NCBI RefSeq assembly: GCF_009914755.1
Contig: NC_060938.1
Reading direction: 5' to 3' (one strand)
Source of the DNA: the human T2T-CHM13v2.0 reference genome, Homo sapiens
DNA length: 64,000 nt
In this document: in pieces, positions 46,857 through 62,247 of the stretch
How positions within the stretch are numbered: position 1 is the first letter of the stretch
Layout of the letters: every line of letters begins with the position of its first letter
Translations under genes and position numbers: made by a program
The notes under the pieces: generated by a model
What the model was told of the DNA's origin: nothing
The model's database searches: none
Seen by the model: only the letters and a program-made list of their open reading frames with translations

Positions 46857-47130
46857 TATTTTTATTGACTTAAAATAATTATTTTATTGACTTAAAAATA
46901 ATATTTTTAAATATTTAATTATATAATTATTATATATATAATTATATAATATATTATTTATATAATTATATAATATATTATTTATATAATTATATAATAT
47001 ATTATATATAATTATATAATTTATTATTATATATAATTATATAATTTATTATTATATATAATTATATAATATATTATTATATATAATTATATAATATATT
47101 ATTATATATAATTATATAATTATTTAAATA
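46857..47130. repeat. AT-only minisatellite (~23-bp TATATAATTATATAATATATTAT units) preceded by a 23-bp tandem duplication
   Basis: TATTTTTATTGACTTAAAATAAT x2, then about 8 near-identical AT units. Confidence 0.9.
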
Positions 47131-47671
47131 AAAATAATAACTATTATTTACTACTCTAGGGCCCTAAGTGAGCACTTATTGTTAGAATTTATTGTTAGAA
47201 TTCCAGATCAAAATCAAGGATCTCATTTCTCCATGAATCTAAGAGCTATTATTGGTGATGTCTTTGGTATAAGTTTTTGTAAGGACAAAGGTTTTGTTAC
47301 AGTCCTGGCCCTACTAAAACGTCTTTTATTGACCTGCATGCTATCATAGTAAATAGAGAGAAAAGAGATAAAATTCTAGACTTTTTAAGGTATATGGAAA
47401 TAAATCAAATTTACTTACTTACTTTTTTACCGTGACCAATTTGGATCGCTGTCATTTTCCATGAATGTGTCTCAGGTTTTTGTTTTTTTAATAGAGAGAG
47501 TTAGCTGTTTCAACCTCTCTTTCTTTCGTCTAATAACTCCTCATTTTTTTCTCCCTCTTTTTTCATCTTCTTCCTTTCTTTCAGATTATTGGAAACTTTC
47601 TCATGTTGCAGCATTTGCTGCTATCAATTATGCCAGAAAAGCTTTCTGTGTACTAGCAGTGTTATGGGATC

Positions 47672-47736
47672 GTGTGTGTGTGTGTGTGTGCGCGTGTGTG
47701 TGAGACAGAGAGAGAGAGAGAGACAGAGAGAGAGAG
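47672..47736. repeat. Compound (GT)n(GA)n microsatellite
   Basis: Seen directly. Confidence 0.95.
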
Positions 47737-48407
47737 GTGGGGGGGAGATTGAGATGGAAAGAGTGGCGGGGGATGAAGGAAGTGGGGGAGAGAAATAAAT
47801 GGTGTCTGGGGTAATTGTGCTGGTGTTTTTTCCTGCATGAGAGAAGCTTCAGATGTCTGTCTGGCTTTGGCTCAGTTGCTGTATGGGCGTAACTGAAGAA
47901 GGAGGTTGGGGTAGAGGAGAAGGCAATTAAAACTTTGAACACCTTAAATGCCCTTCCTAATTAAGTGGTGAGGATGGAAAATGAAATACCTTCTTATGCT
48001 TCATTTCTGTTCTCCGTTTAAAAGTCTGTGGAGGGATCAGAGCTCATGTCCTTAGAAAGGACAGAACTTTCAAAATAACAACTCTGAAAAACAAGTTTAA
48101 AAAAAATTTCTCATCATTTTCTGCTTTTCATGAACTTTTAATATAAAGCCATCATTATTTTTTTTTCCTGGGCCCCCTTACCTATATCCTCTCCCCACTC
48201 TCATTAGTCACTCCAACTTTGAAGCACCCAATTCTCTGGAGTATTAATGGAGACAGTTCAAGTATCTAACTGCTGTTTCCTTTGTTCAAGTTGCTTTTGG
48301 TCCTTGCTGGGAAATGCTCTGAAAACTGAACCAGCTACTGAACACAAAGGCTGACGGTGTTGTCCCTCCTGGTAATGTACTGTGTGATTTGTTCCCCTCT
48401 CCTGTTC

Positions 48408-48556
48408 ATGACTCATTAGTCTCTAAGTACAGAAAAGGTTGCTCCTCTGGAATAAAAGGAACGGACCCAGCTCGGAGTCCTTTTTCGCCTTTTCCTGTGT
48501 TTTATATGGGTGCACTCACAGTTCTCCATCTTCATTAGTGACCCAGCAGGGGGCTG
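48408..48556. promoter_or_regulatory. Candidate enhancer/insulator motifs (AP-1 ATGACTCAT at 48408-48416; CTCF-like CCAGCAGGGGGC at 48543-48554)
   Basis: Motif matches in repeat-poor sequence; no functional data. Confidence 0.4.
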
Positions 48557-48918
48557 GCACAGGGTTGAGACTAGCTTTTGCTGGTTCCCTGGGGTGTATC
48601 AGAGACCTCAGAACTCAATACCCTACTATAAAAATAAAATACTGTGCTTCAAACGACCTTTTGATGGAACAAAGCCATACATCCCAATCTGCCTGGGCCT
48701 CTCAAATTGAGACCATGCCAAGTGCCAGATTTGCATTTTGCACATGCCCTCCCACCATCCCCTTTCCCCCTTCCTCTAAATGTGGTTCTTTTGGTAGCCT
48801 CAGTGTCAGGTAAATGTTTATGTGTGTGTGAAAACGCAGACTTTGGCAAAAGACCTTTTGTATTTAAATTACACTTCAAGATAGTAGTTTCTTGTAAGAG
48901 ATGTAGGCAGCAGATATT

Positions 48919-49050
48919 TGTGGGCTTTTATGCCCTAAATGATATCATTTTAGATTTATATATGTGGGCTTTTATGCCCTAAATTATATTATTTTAGATT
49001 TATATATGTGAGCTTTTATGCCCTAAATTATATTATTTTAGATTTATATA
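48919..49050. repeat. 3 x 44-bp tandem repeat
   Basis: TGTGGGCTTTTATGCCCTAAATTATATTATTTTAGATTTATATA starting at 48919, 48963 and 49007. Confidence 0.95.
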
Positions 49051-49755
49051 TAAAGTTTAGGAAAGTAAGCGGAAACTAGAAGTGCTATAAAAAACTGAGT
49101 TACATATTTAAAATTCAAGTTATTTTTTCTGGTTTTCCAGAGTGGCCAAATTATTTTCTTATTTAAAACCTAGGCACCCTAGAGCCATGTGTGTGCATGT
49201 GAACTCTACTAAAGTGAGACACTGACATGAACATAGAGTCCATCAGACCTTTATATCAAGAGCTTGGAGTACTCAGAGCATCGTATCTCGTTAATCTTCC
49301 AGCATTGATGTGCTTTAGCTCTTGGGAACAGATTACTATACTTATTTTAAAGCAACAGGGCAAATAAAAATAGGGATCTTTTGGTATTGAATGACCAGCA
49401 TAACTTTAGAAAATCCAACTCTCTTATCCTTCATTTTTACATCATAGTTACAGTAACAGGTTAAGATTAGCTTTTAACAGATTGTTCTAAATTTCTTTAG
49501 GTTTCAAAACATATTGCTATGACATTTAAGTAATACTTTTAAGACTGTATGAGACTTAGGGCCTTGGTTTGTAGAGAATATTCAGTTATTTAAGAAAAGT
49601 TCACTTTGATTCTATAGTAAAATAATGTACAGGTGCAAATGTGTGATGTTATTTTTGGTTTGTACTTCAGGTTTGCAAACATACCCTAATTTTTTACAGA
49701 AAGTATATGGTAGACTCTTTATTTTAAAAAATGTTCATAGTCTGGGTCTGTATGA

Positions 49756-52849
<3,094 letters not shown>

Positions 52850-53400
52850 CTATATTGCATTTACAAAAAAGTAGATTGTCTCTTCCTCCTTGCTACTGCA
52901 AACAATGATGTGAGGAACATCCTGGTACTCTCCAGGGTATGTACTGAGGGGTAGGATTGTAGGGTCATCAAGCATACACACCCTGATGGTCACTAAATCC
53001 TGCCAGATTTCTTCCTGGAATGGCTGCACCAGTCTGCAGCCCACCAGTTGTGTAAGAACACTCCTGCTGCCCTACTTCTTTGCCAACATTTTATATGTTT
53101 AGACTTTCTCTTTTTTCCAAACTAATGGGTGTAAAGTGGTATTTAATTTTAAGTTGCATTTCTCTGATTACTAATGAAATTGAGTACCTCTTTATATTAC
53201 TAGTTAGTTATTTGGCTTTTTATTGTTGTGACGATTTAAGATTTCATGTTGATGTAGATCTTAATTTTGAGTTGGTCAAACATATCACTTTTTAAAATCT
53301 TATACTTTATAATTTTAGGGCCCAGGGCCACAGAGTTATTTTCTGACGTTTTGTTTTCTGTTAGTCACATTTACATTCAGGCCTTGATTCATCTTGTGGT
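52850..53400 (-). mobile_element. Old L1ME-type relic
   Basis: TTTGCCAACA...CTAATGGGTGTAAAGTGGTAT...GCATTTCTCTGATTACTAATGA. Confidence 0.6.
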
Positions 53401-54775
53401 CACCTTTGGTTATATCAGCATCGTTTGAGGTAGCACATTCACACTCTCAAATACAGTGTGATAGTTTGGTATGCACTAGAGGGCCATGCTGTATCATGGA
53501 TTCATTTTGAAAGAGTATTTAATGAAAAATATAAAAGAAGGCTATTCATAGCATATTGCCATTTATGAAAATTTAAAACACACACACATATATGTAAAAC
53601 AACACTTAATATTTTTCAAAGAAACACTCCATATCCAAAGACAGATGCCAGACAATTAAGTTTTTGCTTATGAAGGTTTAGGAGGAAATGGGGGAGTAGT
53701 GATAAAGGGGGTAAAAAAATAAAATAAGCCAACAGAGGCCTTGGACAGACTGATAATAATAGTATACCCTGAATTGAGGAGTATGATTATCCCCACAGTC
53801 AGGGTGAATATAATTTAGGAGAGATGACCTCCTAATAGGTTAGTGATGAGCAAAGCTGGAAAAAGTTAATTGAAGAAAAGTAGAAATCAAATATTTCAGT
53901 TGTTCTGAATCATGAGTAAGATGCCTATAAGGAAGAAAAATTCTCCTAAATGACTACATCTGGTCATGCCTTCTTAGCTTTTAAAGTATTTTGTGATACA
54001 CAGGAATTTATGTTTTTTTCCTGAGGTGAAGCTCTCTGTAAGAAGGAAAGCAGATGTTTCTTTTTAAGTGCTTGTATACACCTGCCACAAGGCAGACTGA
54101 GTAGTTCATATGGAGAGCAGGCTCGGGTTATTTTTTATGTTGCTTGTGAAATTAAAATTCTTTTCCTGGCAAGCATAGGTTTATAATTAAGTAATTTATC
54201 ATAAGAGTTCTTTTAGCTATATCAAAAATTTGATGATATACAGAAGCAATATGTGAGTGGTTACTTAGAAATTAGATGAATGAGTTATTTCATTGGCATT
54301 TATCATTTGATGTGTAGGTTTTTCCTATTTATAACAAACATTGAACACTGACTAATTACCTGCAACTGAAAGAGGGTTAAAAAAAAAAAGTCTTAGTTGA
54401 GAACTGTATTCTCAACTTATTTTCAACCCACCAGTGCTCTTGAAGAGTATGATGCACTCCGATTAATAGAAGTTGTGCTCTCTTGGGATCATGCTTAATT
54501 GTGTTACAATATAAAGAAGTCTTCCTCCATGGTATTTATGGGTATGAAAAAAAAAGAAGTCTTTCTTTGCCAGATATGGATTTTGTACTTCCCTCCCTTC
54601 AATTTCATGTATACTGTTTTTTGTTTTTATTTTTCTGATTAGTTCCCTTGGTATCTGCCCTGCCCCATCCCCATTCATTTTGGTATTCACATACCCAATA
54701 CCATAGTAGCACTTTATATTTACTTTGTTTACGCCTAATTACAGCCTGCATATTCTAGATAAAACAAACAGACTC

Positions 54776-55079
54776 AGCCAGGCACGGTGGCTCATGCCTG
54801 TAATCCCAGCACTTTGGGAGCCCGAGGTGGGCGGATCACGAGGTCAGGAGATGGAGACCATCCTGGCTAACAAGGTGAAACACCATCTCTACTAAAAATA
54901 CAAAAAAATTAGCCAGGCGTGGTGGCGGGCGCCTGGAGTCCCAGCTACTCGGGAGGCTGAGGCAGGAGAATGGCGTGAACCAGGGAGGCAGAGCTTGCAT
55001 GAGCCAAGATCGTGCCTCTCTCCAGCCTGGGTGACAGAGTGAGACTCCGTCTCAAAAAAAAAAAAAAAAAAAAAAAAAG
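54776..55079 (+). mobile_element. AluY inserted in a MIR
   Basis: CATCCTGGCTAAC, GAATGGCGTGAAC and GAGCTTGC diagnostics; AAACAGACTC duplicated; MIR motif GAAAGGTTAAGTGA follows. Confidence 0.93.
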
Positions 55080-56479
55080 AAACAGACTCAGAAAGGTTAA
55101 GTGATTTTTCGAGGGCCATAGAGTAATAAGTAGCAGAACCAGAATGTGAAGCCAAGTCTAACTCTAAAGCCCATCTTTTTCATACTTGACTATCCTATAT
55201 TTTTCATGGATATTCTACAAAATCCATATTTTTATAGAGTATGATGTCTTCATTACGCTCCTCAATCTTTGAAGAGGATTTTAACCCTGCTCTTTGGTTC
55301 AGCTATTGCTGAATATTGACACCTTTAAGCTGCACCATAGAAAATTTGTATTCAGGCTCCTTTTAGAGATGAGTACTTCGAACTCTCTGCTATCCAGTTG
55401 CTCAAAAGTCTGTTTCCAAATGTATTTATAGAATATTGTGTGAATGACTTATTCTCCATCCATTTTTCTGGATTGTCTGCATTTTAGTTTCAGGCCAAGT
55501 CGTACCGTCCAAGAGCTATGTGCTTAACTCAGCTGCTTTTACCTCTTGCAGAGGTACTTTCTTCCTTCCTCCTACTCCTTTTCGATATTAAATCACTGGC
55601 CTTCAATGATGGATGTTATAGCAAACAGCTGAATAAAATTCAGTATTCTTTCTGTGGTTGAGCTTTCATTGAGGAGCCCACCTAGTACACCACATCCCAT
55701 CGTTTTTGAGAGGACTTACAGATGAAATTCTTCTCAGATCTCAAGGTCAGGAAACAACGATTCATGTTTTTAAAATGCTTATTATGAATCTTATATTTGA
55801 TTGTATTTTCCTCTTTACTTTGGTTGCCAGGAAGGCTAGAGCCAAATTTGCAAGATCATCTCTAATAGCTGCAAAGGAATAAATGATATGTGTGTGTGTG
55901 TGCCAGTCTTACTCCTGGCATTATTTTCTTATCTATGTTCCTGTTTGATTTCATCTTTCTTAATTATTTATTTTGTCAGTAATGAATGAATTGTCATAAA
56001 CTGCCAAAAATCATTATGCTGGTGATGGATGCAAATATATAAATAACATGTGTAAGGACAATTAAGCTTTCCTGACTTGATAGTTAAATCTCATTCCTCC
56101 TAGAAGTATCACATGTATACATCCATCTTCCTCATTTGTTTTTCTCCTTTATTTTACTTCCTACACATTTTCAGTTGTTTATTATGGATTTCTCTCTTGA
56201 TGAATGCATTCATACAATTTTAGAATTGTTGAGTATCAATATAAAAAGCTATTTTTTCTGAAAATTAGTCTCCTTATAATTTGTATTTTTCTTAAGTTCA
56301 TATTTTTTAGTAAAAGTGTAAATTTCATAATTTTTATTAAAACATTTGCCTCCCTAAAGAAATTTAACTATTTTGGTTTTTTTTTTAATCTGAGAATAGG
56401 AGTAGGGAAATTTGGAGTCTCTAAGGCATGCCATGTAGAAGTTTTTGAACATTTATATAGAATGGATTGACTTTTTCTG

Positions 56480-57250
56480 CTTGTTCTTCTGTCTGTTGCC
56501 TAGTAGATGTCTCTAACTGGATATTCAAATGACACTTCAGACCATCTGAAACTTCACGTATTATTTCCCTCCCAAGTAAACTAGTCACCCAAACCATATA
56601 CACAACAGTCAGACTCATTTGCTCACAGCTTTAAAGCAGGTTCTTTTCCATTTCCACTGCTATTACCTATTCCAAGTGCCTTGCACAACTTTGCCTAAGG
56701 AGACACTAAGAATTCTTCATTGAAGAGATGAAGAAATGAATGAATACAGGGATGAGTTTTCTTCATTTCATTGCTTCTGTCTAGACCACTGGAAAAACGT
56801 ATCTTCCTTTATTCTGACCTCTTCTAATTCATGTTCTACAAAGTTATCAAAATGTTATTCTTAAAATGCAAATCATTCTTAAAATGATATACAAACACAC
56901 ATCATTCCAGGATTCATTTAGTTTAGTGCCAAGGCCTTTCATGCTAAGTTCCCTGCATCTTTCTGGTCTTACCTCCCACCATGTCTCTTTACTGACTTTG
57001 TTGCATCATCACGTGGCTGCATACTCCATTTCCTCCCATGTGCTGTTCATTCTGCAGAACATCTCACTGAAGCTTTACCTGGAGAACTCTACTCACTTTG
57101 CCTGTCGGATTCAGATGTCTTTCCTACTTGTTCTCATAGACATTTATGTACAGTCTCGTGACTCTTTTCATATTAAACTGTTATCATGACTGACTTACTT
57201 ATCTAGGGGCTTTCTCTTAATCAACACAGGTTCTTTATTCCTGGATGGTA
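56480..57250 (+). mobile_element. L2 fragments
   Basis: GATGTCTCTAACTGGATATTC; CCATTTCCACTGCTATTACC; TCTTAAAATGCAAATC. Confidence 0.55.
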
Positions 57251-57490
57251 TCCAACATTCCCTGAATAACCAGTGATTGTTTATTGGCTGTTTGACTGAA
57301 TATAGAATAGAATAAGTCTGTAGCTTATAGTCCATTCTAACCACTCATTCTTTTCATAACTTTTATTGAGTGCTTACTATGTGCCAGCTTTTGTTTAAGA
57401 GATTGGCAATACTATAGTGAACAAAATAGTACCTGCCCAGGCAATTAAAAAGTAAGCAATTAGACATACAATGTTGGGTAGCATTATGTG

Positions 57491-57848
57491 TATATTAATC
57501 CAGTTTCACTCTGCTGATAAAGACATACCTGAGACTGGGTAGAAAAAGAGGTTTAATTGGACTTACAGTTCTGCATGGCTCGGGAGGCCTAAGAACCATG
57601 GTGGGAGATGAAAGGCACTTCTTACATGGCAGTGGCAAGAGGAAAAACGAGGATGATGCAAAAGTGGAAACCCCTGATAAACCCATCAGATCTCGTGAGA
57701 CTTATTCACTACCATGAGAACAGTATGGGGGAAACTGCCCCAATGGATTCAGATTATCTCCCACCAGGTCCCTCCCACAACACATGGGAATTATGGGAGT
57801 ACAATTCAAGATGAGATTTGGGTGGGGATACAGAGCTAAACCATATCA
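57491..57848 (-). mobile_element. Solo THE1A-type LTR, inserted in an L2 relic (57355-58010)
   Basis: GCTGATAAAGACATACC...GAGGTTTAATTGGACTTACAG...AAACCATATCA. Confidence 0.9.
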
Positions 57849-59429
57849 CAGTGTTAGGAAGAAAATAAAGAGGGATAAGGAAATTCTAGAGCATATGCTC
57901 AAGCAAGGCATATCTAAAGAGGGAGCCTTTGAGCAGAGACCTGAATGCAATGAGAGACAAGTTGTGTCCATGGCGGTGTTGCTGGGGAGGTGGTTCTGGG
58001 CAGAGAGAACAGCATTTCTGTGCTCCTATTATGTACCAGGCTCTGTTCTAGGGGTTCTGGAGACAGCAATGGAGAAGGTTGTTAAACATCAGCATTGTTT
58101 ATTATTTAACCATGCAGTCTGTTCTTTTTCAATATTATGTCATAGTTCAAAACTCCTCCTTTCTTTAATTGCTAGGTTTAACGAAGTTGAAAAACCCTAA
58201 CTTGGGAAAGTCTCTTTGTTCTCCCCAGCTGCTAATCACTTCCTACTCTTTGTTGTGGAAGAGAACACATAAAGTCTTATTATTTAGAGGCCCCTAACAG
58301 AATAGGATACTGGTCCTGGGGACAGATCCCCAACTATCTGAATTTAATCATGATGCTCAGGGATGTGTGAAAGTGTCTTAGGTGTTCATGTCTTTGACGT
58401 TTGACCTAGGTTATAGATGTCTGTGAAATTCTGTCACCATAATTAGATATAGATACTACTGATTTCCTTTTCCCAGTCTTCCAACCCAGCCTATGACCCT
58501 GAGTAAAACCTTCTTAAATTCTTTTACTTCAGTAGCACACAAAAAATCATAATTTTGGATCCTGTTCCTTGCTCTGTCACCTGCTTGCTGCAGTTAAGTC
58601 TGCTCTGTGGCAGTTTTCCATTTGCAAGCAGGGCACCCTTCCAGTTAAGTTGTAAAATTTTATGTTTAAGTAAGCCCCTGTGCCCTTGAAGAATAGGAGC
58701 TACAGGAATGTAGAGTCCAAAGAGAAAAAAAAAGAAAGAGCATTCCTAAGAAAACTGTGTAAATTTGCAAATTCGTTTTCTTCTGGTGGCAGCTGACAGG
58801 TGGAATGACAACCCAACCAAGTAACACTAGGCCCTTGTGATAGGAGGGAACTTAATGCTGCGGTTGTTCTGCTTAGATGGAATTGTGTGGGGCTGTGCCA
58901 ATGCCTGTATTGAGAAAGCCCAGTCGAGCAGAAGAGTTTTTGGTTTCTGCATTTAGAACTGCCGAACAACTGAGGAAAACCGATTAAATCTGGAAGGTGG
59001 CAGCTCACTTGACAGGCTTCTCCAGGCACCTTTGAGGAGAATCAAAGATAAATAAACACATTTTATGAGAGGAGTATGGGGTGAGAGGGAGTGTTTGGAC
59101 AAGAGTTAAAATTTCAAAGGGAGGGGGAAGTTCTTTTTGACTTTTCTCCTGATTAGACTCTTGCCTCATGTCTTTGTTAATGTACAAATTAGAGTTTGTC
59201 CCTGTCTACATGGGTAAGCTTGATGGGAAAGGAAGAAGATAGAAGTATATTTTCAAAGACCTCAACTATAGAAGGTAGAAGGAAACTGATCAAATATGAA
59301 TTTCTTTATTAGAAAAAAGTGGCTTTAAAAACTATTTTATAAGTCATATTGGATACTCATGTGCCTGTGGAACATGCAAAAACTCTGGCCTGTTGCACAG
59401 AGGTTTGATTTTGAAACTGTCTAATTTTA

Positions 59430-59561
59430 TTTATTTAAATTTTTTTAGAGACAGGGTCTCACTGTGTTGCCCAGGCTCTTGAACTCCTGATCTCAAGCAA
59501 TCCTCCTGTCTCAGCCTCCCAAAGTGCTGAGATTACAAGCATGAGCCACTGCACGTGGCCC
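59430..59561 (-). mobile_element. FLAM/Alu monomer
   Basis: Single antisense left arm. Confidence 0.85.
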
Positions 59562-59953
59562 AAAGTCTGTAATTTTTTTCAGTAAAGATTGATGGACTTT
59601 CATTACGGCCTGGTCTAGTGTGCAGTGAGTTGCCTTGAGGTCAGGTAGTACTTGACACCCCTTATTTACTGGGTATGGACCCTGTTCTCTCATCCTTCCA
59701 TTGTGCTTTACTCTTTTTTTCTCCGTGAACAATTTTTACTTGAGCTTGACTTACCTCAAAGGGGCTATGAATATTGAATTGGCTAAAAATAATTCATAAC
59801 ATTCTAGATATATGGAGCCTTAGAGATCATTGCCCTCTTCCCCATTTTGCAAAGAGTAAATAAAGTGAAGCCCAAAAGTGTTAAATTGCTGCTGGCCTAG
59901 GGGCATTCAGCTACCAAATATGTATGCAGGAACTCCACCCAGATCCTGACCAC

Positions 59954-62247
59954 ACTATTAGTCTGTTCTCACCTGCTAATGAAGACATACCTGAGACTGG
60001 TAATTTATAAAGGAAAGAGGTTTAATTGACTCACAGTTCTGCAGGGCTGTGGAGGCCTCAGGAAACTTACAGTCATGGCAGAAGGGGAAGCAAATATGTC
60101 CTTCTTCACATGGTGGCAGGAGAGAGAAGAATGAGCTAAATGGGGAAAAGCCCCTTATAAAACCATCAGATCTCGTGACAACTCACTCAGTATCACAAGA
60201 ACAGCAGCATGTTGTAACCACCTCCAAGATTCAATTACCTCCCACCAGGTCCCTCTCATGACACATGGGGATAAGGGGAACTGTAATTCAAGGTAAGATT
60301 TGGGTGGGGCACGGCCAAAACTTTATCATTCCACCCCTGGCCCTTCCCAAATCTCATGCCCTCATACTTCAAAACATAATCATGCCATTCCAAAAGTCTG
60401 GCAAAGTCTTAACTCATTCCAGCATTAACTCAAAAGTCCAAGTCCAAAGTCTCATCCGAGACAAAGTAAGTCCCTTCTGCCTAAGCCTGTAAAATCAAAA
60501 ACAAGTTAGTTACTCCTAGATACAGTGGGGGTACAGGCATTGGGTAAATACACCCATTCCAGATGGGAGAAATTGGCTAAAATAAAGGGGCTACAGGCCC
60601 CATGCAAGTCCAAAATCCAGTAAGACAGTCAAATCTTAAAGTTCCGAAATGATCTCCTTTGACTCCGTGTCTCATGTCTAGGTCACACTGATGCAAGAGG
60701 TGGGCTTCCATGGCCTTGGGCAGCTCCACCCCTGTGGCTTTACAGGGTACAGCCTCCCTCCCAGGTGTTTTCACAGGCTGGTGTTGAGTGTCTGTGGCTT
60801 TTCCAGGTGCACGGTGCAAGCTGTCAGTGGATCTGCCTTTCTCAGGTCTGGAGGACAGTGGCCCTCTTCTCACAGCTCCACCAGGCAGTGCCCCAGTAGG
60901 GACTCTCTGAGGGGGCTCCAACCCGACATTTCCCTTCTGCACTGCCCTAGCAGAGGTTCTTTATGAGGGCTCCACCTCTACATTAGACTTCTGCCTGGAC
61001 ATCCAAGTGTTTCCATACATCCTCTGAAATCTAAGTGGAGGTTCCCAAACCCCAATTCTTGTCTTCTGTGCATCCATAGGTCCAACACCACATGGAAGCT
61101 GCCAAGGCTTGGGACTTGCACTCTCTGAAGCAATGGCCTGAAATGTACCTTGGCCCCTTTTAACCATGGCTGGAACGAAGCAGCTGGGACACAGGGCACC
61201 ATGTCCCAAGGCTGCATAGAGCAAGGAGGCCCTGGGCTTGGTCCACAAAACCATTTTTCCCTCCTAGGCCTCTGGGCCTGTGATGGGTGGGGCTGCCATG
61301 AAGACCTCTGACATGCCCTGGAGACATTTTCTCCATTGTCTTGGCAAGTAACATTTGACTCCTTGCTACTTAAGCAAATTTCTGTAGTCTGCTTGAATTT
61401 CTCCTCAGAAAATGGGTTTTTCTTTTCTATTGCAATTTTTTAAAACTTTATGCTTTGCATCCTTTTTAAACATAGATTCCAATGCCAAACCATCTCTCTC
61501 AAGTTCAGGGTTCCCCAGATCTCTAGGGCAGGGGCAAAATTCCACCAGTCTGTTTTCTAAAGCATAACAAGAGTCAACTTTGCTCCATTTCCCAAAAGTT
61601 CCTCATCTTTGTCTGAGACCACCTCTACCTGGACTTCATTGTCCATATCACTATCAGCATTTTGGTCAAAGCCATTCAACAAGTCTCTAGGAAGTTTCAA
61701 ACTTTCCCACATCTTCCTGTCTTCTGAGCCCTCTAAGTCTCTAGGAAGTTCCAAAATATCCTACGTTTTTCTTTCTTCTTCTGAGCCCTCCAAACTGTTC
61801 CAAACCCTGCTTGTTACCACTTCCAAAGTTGCTTCCACATTCTTGGGTATCCTTATAGCAGCACCCCACTCTACTGGTACCAGTTTACTATATTAGTCTG
61901 TTCTTATGCTGCTAATAAAGACACACCCAAGAGTGGGTAATTTATGAAGGAAAGAGGTTTAGTTGACTCACAGTTCCACAGGGCTGTGGAGGCCTCAGGA
62001 AATCATGACAGAAGGGGAAGCAAACATGTCCTTCTTCACATGGCAGCAGAAGAGACAAGAATGAACAAAATGAGGAAAAAGCCCCTTATAAAACCATCAG
62101 ATCATGTGAGAACTCACTATCAGAAGAACAGCATGGGGGTAACCACCCCCATGATGCAGTTACCTCCCACTGGGTCCCTCCCATGACACATGGGGATTAT
62201 GTGAACTACAAGAAAAGATTTGGGTGGGCACACAGCCAAACCAGTCA
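59954..62247 (-). mobile_element. Complete THE1C-type MaLR element: LTR (61889-62247) - internal (60329-61888) - LTR (59954-60328)
   Basis: Two homologous LTRs flank a ~1.56-kb THE1 internal region; 5-bp TSD ACCAC/ACCCC. Confidence 0.93.

Noticed and set aside
48919-49050. CRISPR-like repeat array
   Set aside because: Contiguous repeats with no spacers and no cas genes, in a primate genome
60577-61896. THE1 internal ORFs and the ~54-bp duplication at 61682-61795
   Set aside because: Decayed MaLR internal ORF fragments; the duplication is probably a family-level feature rather than locus-specific
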